Assembly: GCA_043228905.1 (NCBI GenBank)
Contig: JBHGNT010000008.1
Coordinates: 17,360,001-17,424,000, forward strand
Length of the DNA: 64,000 nt
Reading direction: 5' to 3'
Origin: Azolla caroliniana
Lineage: Eukaryota; Plantae; Polypodiophyta
This document shows positions 24,504 through 36,870 of this stretch, piece after piece. Under the pieces are notes generated by a model, which had not been told where the DNA came from, searched no databases, and saw only the letters and a list, made by a program, of their open reading frames with translations. The first letter of the stretch is position 1, and every line of letters starts with the position of its first letter. The translations under genes were made by a program, and so were the position numbers.

Positions 24504-25879
24504 AAAAAATTTATGACATGATGTGTTGGTCTTATTACACCCTCTACTCACTATACCTTTGTGTGTGGGATGTATAAACTATGACTCTTCTTCACCCACA
24601 ATTCAGAAAATGATGGCATCCTTATGCACATGCAACAGACATTGGCTCTAATGCTATGGCACTCGCAACCATAGTTTGAGGTCTGCGCCCTCAAATACAT
24701 GAGGTAGGATTGTGTCTTGAGCTTGTGCTTGAGTCATAGTATAACATTGCTTACCAACTACATCCTTACTTCATTCCTCATGAATCGATTCTATTATCTC
24801 TTTCAACGCTAACTCATTATACTTTCTAACATTTTATTGTCATGCAAGTATGTTGGTTTTTGTTATGTTCCTTCTCTCCATTTTTCTGTTCCAAAATTAT
24901 CTTTGCCAGCTCTTATACAAACTTTCAAACTTAAATGCACATGCATGTGAGTGTGTGTATGTATCTATGAATATATGTGCACACAATCTTCTAAACCTAT
25001 AGCTTGTTGGCTTATCTTTTAAATATATGTTGCATATCATAGCTGCAACATTCCCCATGACACTAGTTTATCATTAAGGAATGAGGTTCTATGCAAGTAG
25101 AATATCATTCAACTACTAGATAGGCCTCATAATGATGGATGAATTTTAAGGGATCCAAGTAGTAAGATTAATTTATTTATAAAGAAACAAAAAGGAAGTT
25201 ATTTGGAAATCATCCAAATTATGAAAAGACACGAGATGAACTTCCATTGAAAAAGAGAGTAGCTTGGCAAGCTTTCGCTAAAAGTGATGGTAACTCTCCA
25301 ACTTTTTTTCTATGGTGAGAAAATTCTCATGTCCCAAGAACATGAAGACAACATCCTATGTAGTGATCTTTGCTAGAACATTTGCGATTATGTATTTACT
25401 TGAAGTGTCTTGTATCTACATCCTTGCTATTAAATGGGATCAACCAAGACCCCTTCAAATGGACAATCTTTTTGAGCATCAAAATTTGATTTAAATCAGC
25501 AATAGTTGTATGTTTATAGAGTTTTTGGGTGAAGAAAACATTGCATTTGTTATTGCAATTCATGTATTGGTGTGAGAGCATTTTATTGCGAATGACTAGT
25601 AAGCCATTCGAAAAAGTAGATAGTAGCTTCCTTCGGAGATAATATTCTCCAAGACGCAAGCTAGATAGTAGCATCCCACCGTTGCCTTAAATTTTGAATA
25701 TTTGCGAATCACAAGTGACAACCAATCCACCATGTTATTTGCATCCGATCTCTCAATACACAAACCTGTCTGTATCCTCATTTATTTTTCATGTGTCACT
25801 ACTCTTCACTACTGATGTTCATCCACACCCTCTTAGCATCAAAGCTTAACCCTAGTGGTAAGTTATTAGCGATGTGGCA

Positions 25880-25883
<4 letters not shown>

Positions 25884-25917
<34 letters not shown>

Positions 25918-27112
25918 AATCTATGTTTATATTAAAACAATCATGACAATACAAAAAACCTTGCTATCAAAACTACTTCAAAAGTAGTGATGTGGCAAGG
26001 GCAACCTTCTAAGGTGCTACAATACAAAACGACACAAATATAACTCATCTGGGGACAAAGTTCCCATACAACATAACTGTGAAAACTGCCACATCAACTT
26101 TCTTGTTATCCTACATATCTGTTGAGATACTCCAAAAAGCCCATCAAATAAGAAACCATTCCGGAAGTTCCAAATATACCACATGCCCAAGTACCTCAAA
26201 TAATCAAACCCAAACTTATACTTTGGGGATGGTAAAACTCTATCACCTTCAATGAAAACCCATTGAAAAGGTGACAAAACATTTCCAGTCAATGACCCCC
26301 ACAATTGTGATATAACTATCCATATACTTTTAGTAATCTGACAAGATATAAATCTGTGTCGACAATCTTCATCAATAGTCGTACAAAAGACACATGTACC
26401 ACTACCAATGAGTCTTCGTTTTAAAGCCATATCCAAAGGTAGCCCACCAACCATAGCACGCCAAAGAAACACCTTTTCACGGAAAGGAAGATGGGACTTC
26501 CATCCTACATCTAAAACTCTAACACACCATTCACTTCTACGGATAATGTACCATGTATCCAAAACCTTGCTCTGTACCCAAACTCTTTCTTTAACCAACT
26601 TATGATAAACATCATTAGTGTTCACTGCAAATAATGATTTCTTGTTATAAAAAAACCAATCATTCCACGGTTCCACCACCACGAATTGTGGAATCGGTGA
26701 TGATAAAATAGGCAATTGTAATACTGTTTGCAAATTTGACCATTATCCAAGAGGTATATGAAATCTACTTCTCACAGTTCGAAAAGCCATCATCTGCCTC
26801 TATGACTCTACAATACCATCCTCCACAGTTACCAAACCTAGTTTTGCCATTCTATTAAAAGTTGACGTTAAACTGTCTTTTCCATCCCATTGTAATAATC
26901 TTAAAATGCCATCACCTCTATTGACAAAGAGTTGCAATCTTTTCTACATTTAGGTTGTTTCCAATTGAACAACTTCAAACATTTTTGCCAAGAGAAGACT
27001 AAATGTTGAACAATAGTAGATTTTGAACATCTAAATGATCGAGTGCTATTAATAACATGCCACCATGAAGTTCTAATTTTTGTTTTACCATGTTGTATCC
27101 CCGCTTTCTTAA
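25884..27112 (-). mobile_element. 5'-truncated L1 fragment (zf-RVT) ending in a (GA)n tail
   Basis: ORF 26017-26733 with FLWR...GLP...CVFC...HRFISC...WYIWNFRN; 3' UTR runs into (TC)n at ~25884-25913. Confidence 0.8.
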
Positions 27113-27460
27113 ACTCTCTCTCTCGTAAATCGATGTTTGTTATTAAAACATGATAATAATACAACTGTCATAATACGGCAAGACTCGAACCCCTGACCTT
27201 ATGTTACATGGGTCGAGCTCTTAACCATTACACTATCTACTAAATACATAGGATATTATTTTTATTTAAGTTTTATTATAGAAAATTAATGTATATTTCA
27301 AATTTCTCTGGAACATTCGAGAAAATTCAGGACTACTCCTAAGAACACTATAAAAGGAGGCACAAGGCATTATTTCGAACCAAATCGGTTCAATGCTAGT
27401 CTTAAGCCTCCTAACCTTCCTTCTATATTTTTCTCACATAATATATTGCTATCATCATCA

Positions 27461-27495
<35 letters not shown>

Positions 27496-28488
27496 TCTCT
27501 TGAGTGTTCTACGCCGTCTATTCCTCTTAGTACTAATATTCCTCTCTTAGTACTAATTTCTAACAGTTTGAACCGATTTCCCTCCTTCCGTCTCCTCCTT
27601 TCCTTCTCTTCCTTTTATCTTCTTACATATCCCCTTTTTTCCGGTCTTCTTTCCAGTTTCCCTCATCTTCTTACCCCTTTCTTTCCCTTCATACTAATCA
27701 TGTTATCCTCCCTAGTAAAATGGAAAGTGTTAGCGCTCAGGAATACCAATCTGTTTTCTCGGAGCTCCAGTGCTTAAAAGAGAAATTTGTAGCATTAGAA
27801 CAAGAAAATCACCGCTCGTTGGGGGATCTTCAACAAATAGCGCTGGAAAAACAACAACATAGGGAGCTGATGTTACATGTACAACAACTTGAAGCGAATA
27901 TTGTATCACTACAACAACAAGGATCAAGCACTCAAGGGATTCACAAACAACCCAAGATCGGTCTTCTTGCAAAATTTGATGGGACCTGATCACGGTTTAG
28001 AGGTTTTCTTAATCAAGTACATTTAGTGATTCAAATGCATCCTTCTCGATATCCCACCGATGCATCACGAGTGGGACTAGTAGACACTCTATGTTGAGAA
28101 TCAAGCTCATCCTAGTCTAGTGGGTGAACACACCCTTGAGAGTGTGCACTGAAAGGTCAAAAGTCACCACTTTTATCTACACATTAACTATGTGTCATAG
28201 AATCATATTCTATGACACATAACTAATGAGCTTTCACATTCCCCATGACCCATGAGCTTCGGTAGTTAATGAAGAGAGAGAGTGACTATATAAAGCACTC
28301 TCCTCCTACTTTGTAATAAGGACGATTAATCTCCTTTGTAATATACATCTTCTTTAGTATTCTATTGTTGCTTAAATCTATCTCTTGTTTCTCACTCACT
28401 CACTCTCTCTCTCTCTCATACACACACTCACAACACATATCTCTAGTCTATTCTCCTGCACAAGAATCACCATCATTTCTTTGCATGG

Positions 28489-29112
28489 TGTGAAAGTGTT
28501 TTTAGAATTCAAGGTATTGAAGACTACAAGAATATAAGGTATGGTGCGTTCACATCCGGAGGGCAAGAACACGAATCAAGGTCTTGAGGATAAGTCAAAC
28601 AAAAAACAAGACACCTGGAGAAAAGTAAAAGAAGAAAAAAGCGGGTAACCAAAACACAGTCTGAAAAGAACGCACATAACTCATTCATTTGGAAGCCAAA
28701 TATAATGTGCTTGTGAAGAGAGCTATCTGTAGCTTTTTAAAGCTCTAAATTTGGAGCTTGGATGAGGGAGATATGACAATTAGAAGATTGTTGTGTCATA
28801 GATAAGAATAAGACTCGATGAAAAACTCTAAAAAAGCATAAAAAAGAAAGCAAGGGAAACTTATCTAGTGGAAGAGAACTTTATATAAAGCAATAAGAGT
28901 AAGGTGGTGGAGAAGTGGAGTCTCTTTCTTGTGGTGTTTTTCTTGCCTATTCATTTAGTGTGGTTCTGTTGTTATCCATATATCTTTGTAGACTTGGATT
29001 TATGTATCTTCTTTCTATCTTCCTTCCATCATGATTATTCATTATCAATAGATCTTTGTGGTTTTGGATCTATATATCTTAATTATCTTTTCTTTCTATC
29101 ATCACTCTATCA
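28489..29112. mobile_element. Probable solo LTR inserted at the Copia LTR/PBS junction
   Basis: TG...CA termini, imperfect TSD CATGG/CATGA; splits TGG from TATCAGAGC. Confidence 0.6.
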
Positions 29113-29755
29113 CATGATATCAGAGCGGTTTGGTAGCTCGATCTAGCCCATCCGCGTGTGTGTTGCGCTCCACCCCGACGTTCAAGAAGAACCGGCTCAT
29201 CGTTATCGTAGTGCAGCTACATAGCTCGTATTCAAGAGAGAAGAAGAAGAAGAAAATCTACATCGAACACCATGAATACTGAAATGGGGAGCGCACTCCC
29301 TAGCGAGAAGTTGGATCGATATAACTTCGCATTTTGGGAGTACAAGATGCACCAATACCTTGTCGGCCAAGGCTATTGGGGTTACATCAAGGGAGCACAA
29401 GAAAACCGACCCGATCCGGAAGATGCCAACTATGAAACATGAGAGCAAGCGGTGAGTCGAGTAATGTATTGCTTAGCGACATGTGTTCACGACCACATGC
29501 TCGGCTACATTCAAGAAGCCGAGACGCCGAAGGAAGCGTGGGAAAATCTACAAAAGATTTTCGCCGCCAACACGACCACGAGGAAGCTTCAACTCCGCCA
29601 AGAGTTGAACAATATCTAACAAAGGGATATATCTATCACAAGCTACACATTGAAGATAAAGGAGCTTTATGATGCACTCGGCTCAATAAGTGTCAATGTG
29701 GAGGATGACGAAATGGTGCAAATATGCCTCGGTGGCCTTGCACCACGATTCGGCG

Positions 29756-31905
29756 TGTTGACCAGCAAAGACTTAAGAGCCGGATAGAGTCCAGAATGGG
29801 AAAGGGATAATCAATCTAGAATTATTATGATTTTGAGAAGCAAACGGATGGACCCGGAATCGGTATGCCGATTCGGATCCGGACCGGTTAATAGTCAGTT
29901 GCTGGTTGGCACCGGTTTGTACCCAGAGCCGGTGACCTATAAAAGGACCCGATCTGTTTGTAATGAATTAGAGGATAATTAATAGAGTATTGTTGTTCTG
30001 TATCTTAATTAGTGTTAATTACCGTTCTGTGCTAAGTGTAATTCATCTTACGCGTGTATTGTGACTAATGATCTTGCCGGTTAGCAACCGATTAGGGTTT
30101 CATTAATAGTTCGGTCTAAGTTTATCTCACCGCAACACCCCTTTGGTGAAGTGTCTCAAGGGGACACCCTGTGTTAGCGATAACACAGTTTTTGGTGACC
30201 ACGATTCTTGCACAAACGCAACGAACAACAACGGGAATGGATGACTAGACCAATGAACGACCCGGTTATGGAGCGAGCAAGAAGACTTGCCGAACGATTG
30301 CGAAAGCGAGAGGCTTTCCATTAGGCGGCAGAAGAGATCTGTGCGGATCAATCATTTTCCAAAGTAATCCGGTGAGTGGCAGCAGATTCACTCCTCGTGC
30401 AGCAGACTTCCCACCCGAACGAAGAAAGCAGCTTGAGCAGTCTCCGGGACGCGGAATCCATTCTACAGGCATTAGCGATAGGGGAAGGCGATTCGGAATA
30501 GTTCTCGGCCTTCGAATCGGATTCAAACGGTGAATGTAGCGCCCATTCGAATTATCGTAGCAGCCACGACACCCTAGACAGACTGGAGGACGAGCCATCA
30601 GATACCTTGCCGACACAAGAACTGGAGTTAACGGAACTGGAAGCCCTAGACCGGCAAGCGGCAAATCAACTTCTGACACCGCCATGTGAAACACCGAAAG
30701 AAGAGGAGGAAAGACCTCCGACACCACCAGCCCGTGTTCCGACACCAAACAATGACATGTCGTTCCAATATCCCAAGTACCGGGATGATCCGGATGCAAA
30801 AGCCATGTGTATGCATTTCTGCAAACCTGGCAAGTGAACCATGTGTCACAGCGCTTAAACGCCACCGAAGCAGAATGCTCGAAGATTGCAGAATTCGGCA
30901 AGACTTTGGAAGGACCATCCGTGCGATGGCGCTTGACGCACATGCCCGACACCATCACTATGTTTGAAGATTTGAAAACCAGATTTTTACAATTCTTCAA
31001 CGAGGAGGTCGATCAACGGGAGATGGTCGGCCTATTCTATACCATATGGCAGGAACCTACGGAAGCCATTCAGCAATTCATAATCCGGTTCCACCGAATG
31101 CACAACCAGCTAAATCGGGCACCACCGGAAGTAGAGGCTAAAGCAATATTCCTAGCAGCACTCCGGGAACTCCTATGTACGGTGTGCATAGTCATTGATT
31201 TCCACACCAGCACAATTGACCAGGTCATAGACCGGGTCGGGGAGATTGAGAAAACAAGCTCATGGCTAACAATGGGGGCACTCCAGCATGCCTTACCGAT
31301 AGATGAAGACCTAGGTTTTCGGCAAGCCATACAATGCACGACTTGTCTCAATGTCGGGTACTTTGCAATAGAATGTACCATGCGGTAACAGTGCATGTTA
31401 TGCCATTCTAGAACGCACACAATGGATCGTTGTGAATATAACTTGTTGAATCAGAAAGTGGCACCGGTTCGGCAAATCGAACCCCAGAGTAACCGGGAGG
31501 AGGAAGAAGAACATTGACGACGAGATGAACGTTACCGGCGCAAGATGTCCGGTATAGCGATAGAAGAGACGCTTACGACTGAGACCAACAGGATAGCTAC
31601 GGGGATTACAACGGTGATCGATATGAGCGATACAACCGGAATCACTCCCCCGGTTACAACCAATGGAGGGAGGATCAAGGCAATTATGAAAACCGGCCCC
31701 GACAAGGTTACCAGAACAAAAAACGCTTCAACAAAAAACGGAATGCTAGAAAAGAGGACCACCAATGCCAGCCAGACAAGGGCACACAAAGTACCCAACC
31801 GAACCAAGGCCAAGCACCTAACCGACCACCAATAGGACCTGAACCGGGTATCAGAGTGAACGCCGAATCCAACACCACCCGGAAAGCGTACCGTTACTAT
31901 TGCCA
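29756..31905 (+). mobile_element. Truncated Gypsy-like element (5' LTR plus degenerate gag with zinc knuckles) inside the Copia
   Basis: LTR TGTTG...CAACA at 29756-30137 with TATA; gag-like ORFs at 30607-31388 and a Q/R-rich region; abrupt return to Copia sequence near 31905. Confidence 0.7.
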
Positions 31906-32496
31906 AATTGTGGAGGAAGGGATGCAAGTTCGATTCAACCAAGGAGGTTGCTTCATCGAGAAGGAAAACCTACTAATTGCTCGTGGTCGAAGGGAAGGCC
32001 AAATGTTTATCCTCGAAGCGAATGAGGTAAAATAGGCCATGTTTGCAAAGGGCCTCAAACCCGACACCGACATAGACTTATGGCATAAAAGAATCGGCCA
32101 TATCAATCTAAACAAACTCAAGGTGATGCAATCGAAAGGAGTCCTCATTGGGCTCCCGACCTTCAAAAAGACTATGTGAAGCATGCCAATTCGGCAAGCA
32201 ACATCGACACCCGTTCCCGAAGGAGAGGAACGTGCGCAAAGGCCTATTGGACATAGTCCACTCGGATGTGTGGGGACCGAAACAGACGGCCACATTCGGA
32301 GGATGTCATTACTATGTTACCTTCATTGACGACTTCTCTAGATACACATGGATCTTTCCCATGAGGATGAAGAGCGAAGTGTTTACACACTTCCAAAACT
32401 TCAAAAACGAAGTCGAAAAGACAACTGGGCGTCATGTACGATGTCTTTGGTCAGACAGAGGAAAGGAATACTTCGCTAATGCGTTCATAGCATACT

Positions 32497-32845
32497 TGTT
32501 ACCCTACCCGTAAGAATATACGGGGAGGCATAAGGGTATGTGCAATGATGTGGTTGATGTGTATGTGTAAAGTAAATGAGTGTGTGAGGATGAGTATGTG
32601 TACAGACACATGCACAATTATGTGCATGTGTACAAGAATGTGTAATGGTCTTATTTATAACGGTCATGTAACTGTTACATTAGATGTATTATATAAACAC
32701 CCTATGGGGTATGTAATGATATATATTTTTTCCCCTCTCATTTGTGTCATTTTCAATTTGTCTTTCTCTCTAGCTCTCTCTCTATCGTAACCCCCTTGGG
32801 AGGGGGGTGAAGCCATTCTAAGCTTCACCCCCCACCCCGACAACA
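32497..32845. mobile_element. Solo LTR inserted in the Copia integrase
   Basis: TGTTAC...CAACA termini, TSD ATACT/ATACC; removing it restores integrase AYLRQEGI. Confidence 0.82.
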
Positions 32846-35800
32846 ATACCTTCGTCAAGAAGGAATTCGGCGAGAATTCACTTTCCTACACACACCGCAA
32901 CAGAACGGTGTAGCCAAACACAAGAATCGGCACATCCTCGAAGTAGAAAGGTCCATGCTAAATGAGAAACATATGCCCAAGTCATATTTCACAGAAGTTG
33001 CAAATACCGCCATCTATCTCATGAACCGGTGTACAACATCCGGAGTGCACGAGGTCACCCCGCATGAGAAATACTATGGGAAGAAGCTGGATCTATCCCA
33101 TGTAAGGATATTTGGCTCCGTAGCATATGTGCACATTCCTGATGAGAAGCGGTAGAAGCTTGACCCAAAATCAGAGAAGTGTATCCTCATGGGGTACTCA
33201 TTGGAGCAAAAGGGGTACAAGTGCTTAAACCCCTCTATTCGGAAGACTCGTGTACAAACCCGAGCCGACTCCTCCCGAACCATCTACGAACGACCTCGTC
33301 AACACAGAAGACGATGATCAACGAAGGTGAATACTCGAAGAGAGTCCGATCTCAACCCGATTGAGCGGACCACAAGAGCCTCCGAGCAACCAAAGCACAT
33401 CTCGGCCAAGTCCAAAGATGGACAAAGGGAAGGCCAAAATGCCGGAATATGAAGACGATCACTTCGATGGCAACAAATCGACTCATTCACTCGATAGTGA
33501 GTTCGATGGCTTTGATGTGCCTCTTATGAGGTCACCCGGAGTTGAGAAAGCACTCACATTGGCAAATGAGAAACTCCGTCACTCCACCTAAGAGAAGAAT
33601 CCGGTTAGCCGATTCGGCTACAATTACTATATGGCATACCACTATGCCTTTATGATGAAGGTGGCAATAGTTCGATAATTGGAGAGCTTTGCCGAAGCCG
33701 CTAAAGATCTGCGATGGGTTGAAGCGATGAACGAGGAGATGCAAGCTCTCAGCAAGAATGAGACATGGGATCTCATCCCTCACTCACCGCAGAAGAAGGC
33801 AATTGGCTGCAGATGGATATACAAAGTGACGTATAATGCCGTCGGTTCCGTCAACCGCTACAAAGCTTGACTCGTAGCAAAGGGCTACACACGAACACAT
33901 GGAGTCGATTATGAAGAGACCTTTGCCCCGGTGGCAAAGATGAAGACTATGTGGACCGTGATCACACTTGGAGCGGCGAAAGGGTGGCACCTCCACCAGA
34001 TGAACGTCAAGAACGCCTTTCTTCAAGGTGAATTAGAAGAGGAGGTGTACATGATACAACCACCCGACTTTGAGTCCAACATTCATCCTAAAGCCATTTG
34101 CCGACTCAAGAAGCTTGTCTACGTCCTTAAGCAAGCACCACGTGCTTGGCACTCGAAGATAACACAATATCTTCATGGAATCAACTTCCTAATGTCAAAA
34201 TCCGACAATTCTCTCTATGTAAGAAGCGATTCCGAAAGTCTGATTGTCATCATCCTGTATGTGGATGATCTGGTCATTGGAGGTGAGCATCTAGTCGACA
34301 TCAACAAGGTCAAATCCCTCCTTTCCAACAAATTCAAGATGATAGACATGAAAGAGCTCCACTACTTCCTTGGCATTGAGGTAATTCAGACTCCAGCTGG
34401 GATTATGATCTCCCAACAGCACTACATTCTCAACTTGTTATACAAGTTCGGGATGACTGAGTGCAAGTTTGTGGCAACACCTCTTGACCGAAACCTCAAA
34501 CTAGATGCCAATTCTGGCACCATAGAGTATGAGACGACTCAGTATCGACAATTGATCGGTAGTCTTATCTACCTCACAATCACTCCACCAGACCTGAGCT
34601 ATCTGGTTGGCCTTCTTAACCAATTTATGCAAATGCCACAAGATATCCATTTGGATTGTGCTAAGAGAGTGCTACGATACGTGAGCGGAACGATGGACTA
34701 TGGCATTCTCTAGAAGTCGGCCATGCCAATTCAACTCGAGGGGTACACAGATGCCGACAAGGAAGGCTATAAAGCCGACTGACGATCAACCTCTGGTTTC
34801 GTCTTCTCCCTCGGAAGTGGAGCCATCTCCTGGAGTAGCAAGAAGCAACCAACCGTCGCTCTTTCGAGCACAGAGGCCAAATACCGGGACACGACAGTGG
34901 CTACATGTGAAGTTGTATGGCTCAAGAGGATATTAAAGGATCTAGGCGTTCCCATCAAAGATCCGATTCTCCTTTACTGCGACAACATGAGCAGTATTTA
35001 TCTGGCTTGGAACCCGGTGTTCCACGCACGCACGAAACATATCGAAGTGCACTATCATTTCATTCAAGAGTGTGTTGAGGTTGGCGATGTCGACCTTCAA
35101 CATATCACTACGAATCTTTAGACAACCGACATCTTCACCAAAGCCCTAGGAGCCGACAAGCTTCGGCAATTCTTGTCAGACCTTGGATTGACGGTCCTTG
35201 ACTTGCCAAGCTTGAGGGGGAGTACAAGCGAAAACCGGATACCATCCGAACCAGATACGAGCCGGATGTACTGGATACCGTCCAAACCGGATACGAGCCG
35301 AAGTGGACATCAACCGAAGTAGCCAACCCAAGTTGAGCTTGAGGGGGTGTGTTGAGAATCAAGCTCAACCTAGTCTAGTGGGTGAACACACCCTTGGGAG
35401 TGTGCACTCAAAGATCAAAAGTCACCACTCTGATCTAAACATTAACTATGTGTCATAGAATCATATTCTATGACACATAACTAATGAGCTTTCACATTCC
35501 CCATGACCCATGAGCTTCGGTAGTTAATGAAGAGGGGAGTGACTATATAAAGCACTCTCCTCCTACTTTGTAATTAGGTCGATTAATCTACTTTGTAATA
35601 TACATCTTCTTGAGTATTCTATTGTTGCTTAAATCTATCTCGTGTTTCTCTCTCGCTCTCTCTCTCTCGCTCTCATACACACACACACTCACAACACATA
35701 TCTCTAGTTTATTCCGCTGCGCAAGAATCACCATCATTTCTTTACACTCTACTTAGTGGCTCAACATTGGCATGGTTCGCTCCGTTGCTAGAAAAGGAAT

Positions 35801-36384
35801 CTCCATACTAAATTTTTTTGAAGAATTTATAAGTGAGTTTAAAGCCTATTTTGGAGATACTGACAACATAAGGACAACAATCAACAAAATTCGACGATTA
35901 CGCTGTCGTGAAGATTTTCGGCAATAGTGTAAAAATCCCATAAAACGTACAAAATCGAGTATGAATCACATAATACAATAATTGTAAAGATAACATTTTA
36001 AATAAATTTAATATCTAAGTACAAAATGATGGAGGTTTCGAATGCACTTTATTACACGAGAAACGGACAACTAAATGTCAAGATATGAGGGTATAAAGTT
36101 TGTGAAAGGAAAAGAGAAAATTGTGAGATATCCCACATAGGCACGACAAATATGGCTCTCATCATATATAAGGTAGTGCACGTTTTTTTTCTCCCCCTTC
36201 CTTCTTTTATAGATGCTCTCATGCATATGATACATGTGAGGGTACAAGACATGCATAAAATGCATGCCTGCCATTTGGCGCTTATGTATTACATGTGGTG
36301 CATGATAACCACGTCACTCATTTTAGCTCTCATGTATGAGAATTTACACGTAAAAGTACAATGATAAAAATATAAATTCAACTA

Positions 36385-36455
36385 AATGGCATGGCTTAAT
36401 GGTAAGCCAATTGACTCCTAACTCGGAGGTGCAAGGTTCGAATCCTTACTTGCCC
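36385..36455 (+). promoter_or_regulatory. tRNA-like A-box/B-box module in the LTR (reverse copies at ~43315-43382 and ~45460-45527)
   Basis: A box TGGCTTAATGG at 36392-36402; B box GGTTCGAATCC at 36435-36445 in an AAGG/CCTT T-arm; CTCC/GGAG anticodon-like stem. Confidence 0.75.
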
Positions 36456-36504
36456 TCCTTGTATATGTATATGTATATATATTTATATATTTATTTATCT
36501 AGTC

Positions 36505-36870
36505 ACCGGACGCCGGTTCGTCGGATGTCGTCGGTTACCGGTGCCTCGTCGGATGCCGTCGCCGGATACCGGTGCCGCCGCAAGATGCCGTCGGTTACCG
36601 ATGCCTCGCCGGATGCCGTCGGTTACCGGTGCCTCGTCGGATGTCGCCGCCTCGTCGTTGCCGGATACCGGTGCATTCACCGGATGCCGTCGATTACCGG
36701 TGCGTCGCCGGATGCCGTCGTCTCACCGGCGGCGGATACTGGTGCCACCGCCGGATGCCGTCGGATACCAGTGCCGCCGCCGAATGCCGTCGGTTACCAG
36801 TGCGTCGCCGGATGCCGGTGTCTCACTGGCGCCGGATGCCGCCGGATCACCGACTCCATCGTCGGTCCGG
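36505..36870. repeat. GC-rich degenerate tandem repeats (~27-30 bp, GCCGGATGCCGTCGGTTACCGGT-like) within the LTR
   Basis: Directly visible; shorter version in the LTR copy at ~43110-43260. Confidence 0.85.

Larger units (their letters stand above)
28092..35746 (+). mobile_element. Ty1/Copia element, degenerate, with nested insertions
   Basis: LTRs 28092-28485 and 35350-35746; TSD CTCTA; tRNA-iMet PBS TG(G/A)TATCAGAGC; IN (VHSDVWGP), RT (LYVDD) and RNase H ([10 protein letters not shown]); PPT AGCTTGAGGGGG. Confidence 0.93.

Noticed and set aside
36385-36455. Functional tRNA genes in LTRs
   Set aside because: Acceptor stems and 7-nt anticodon loops are not properly formed, so these are reported only as tRNA-like promoter modules
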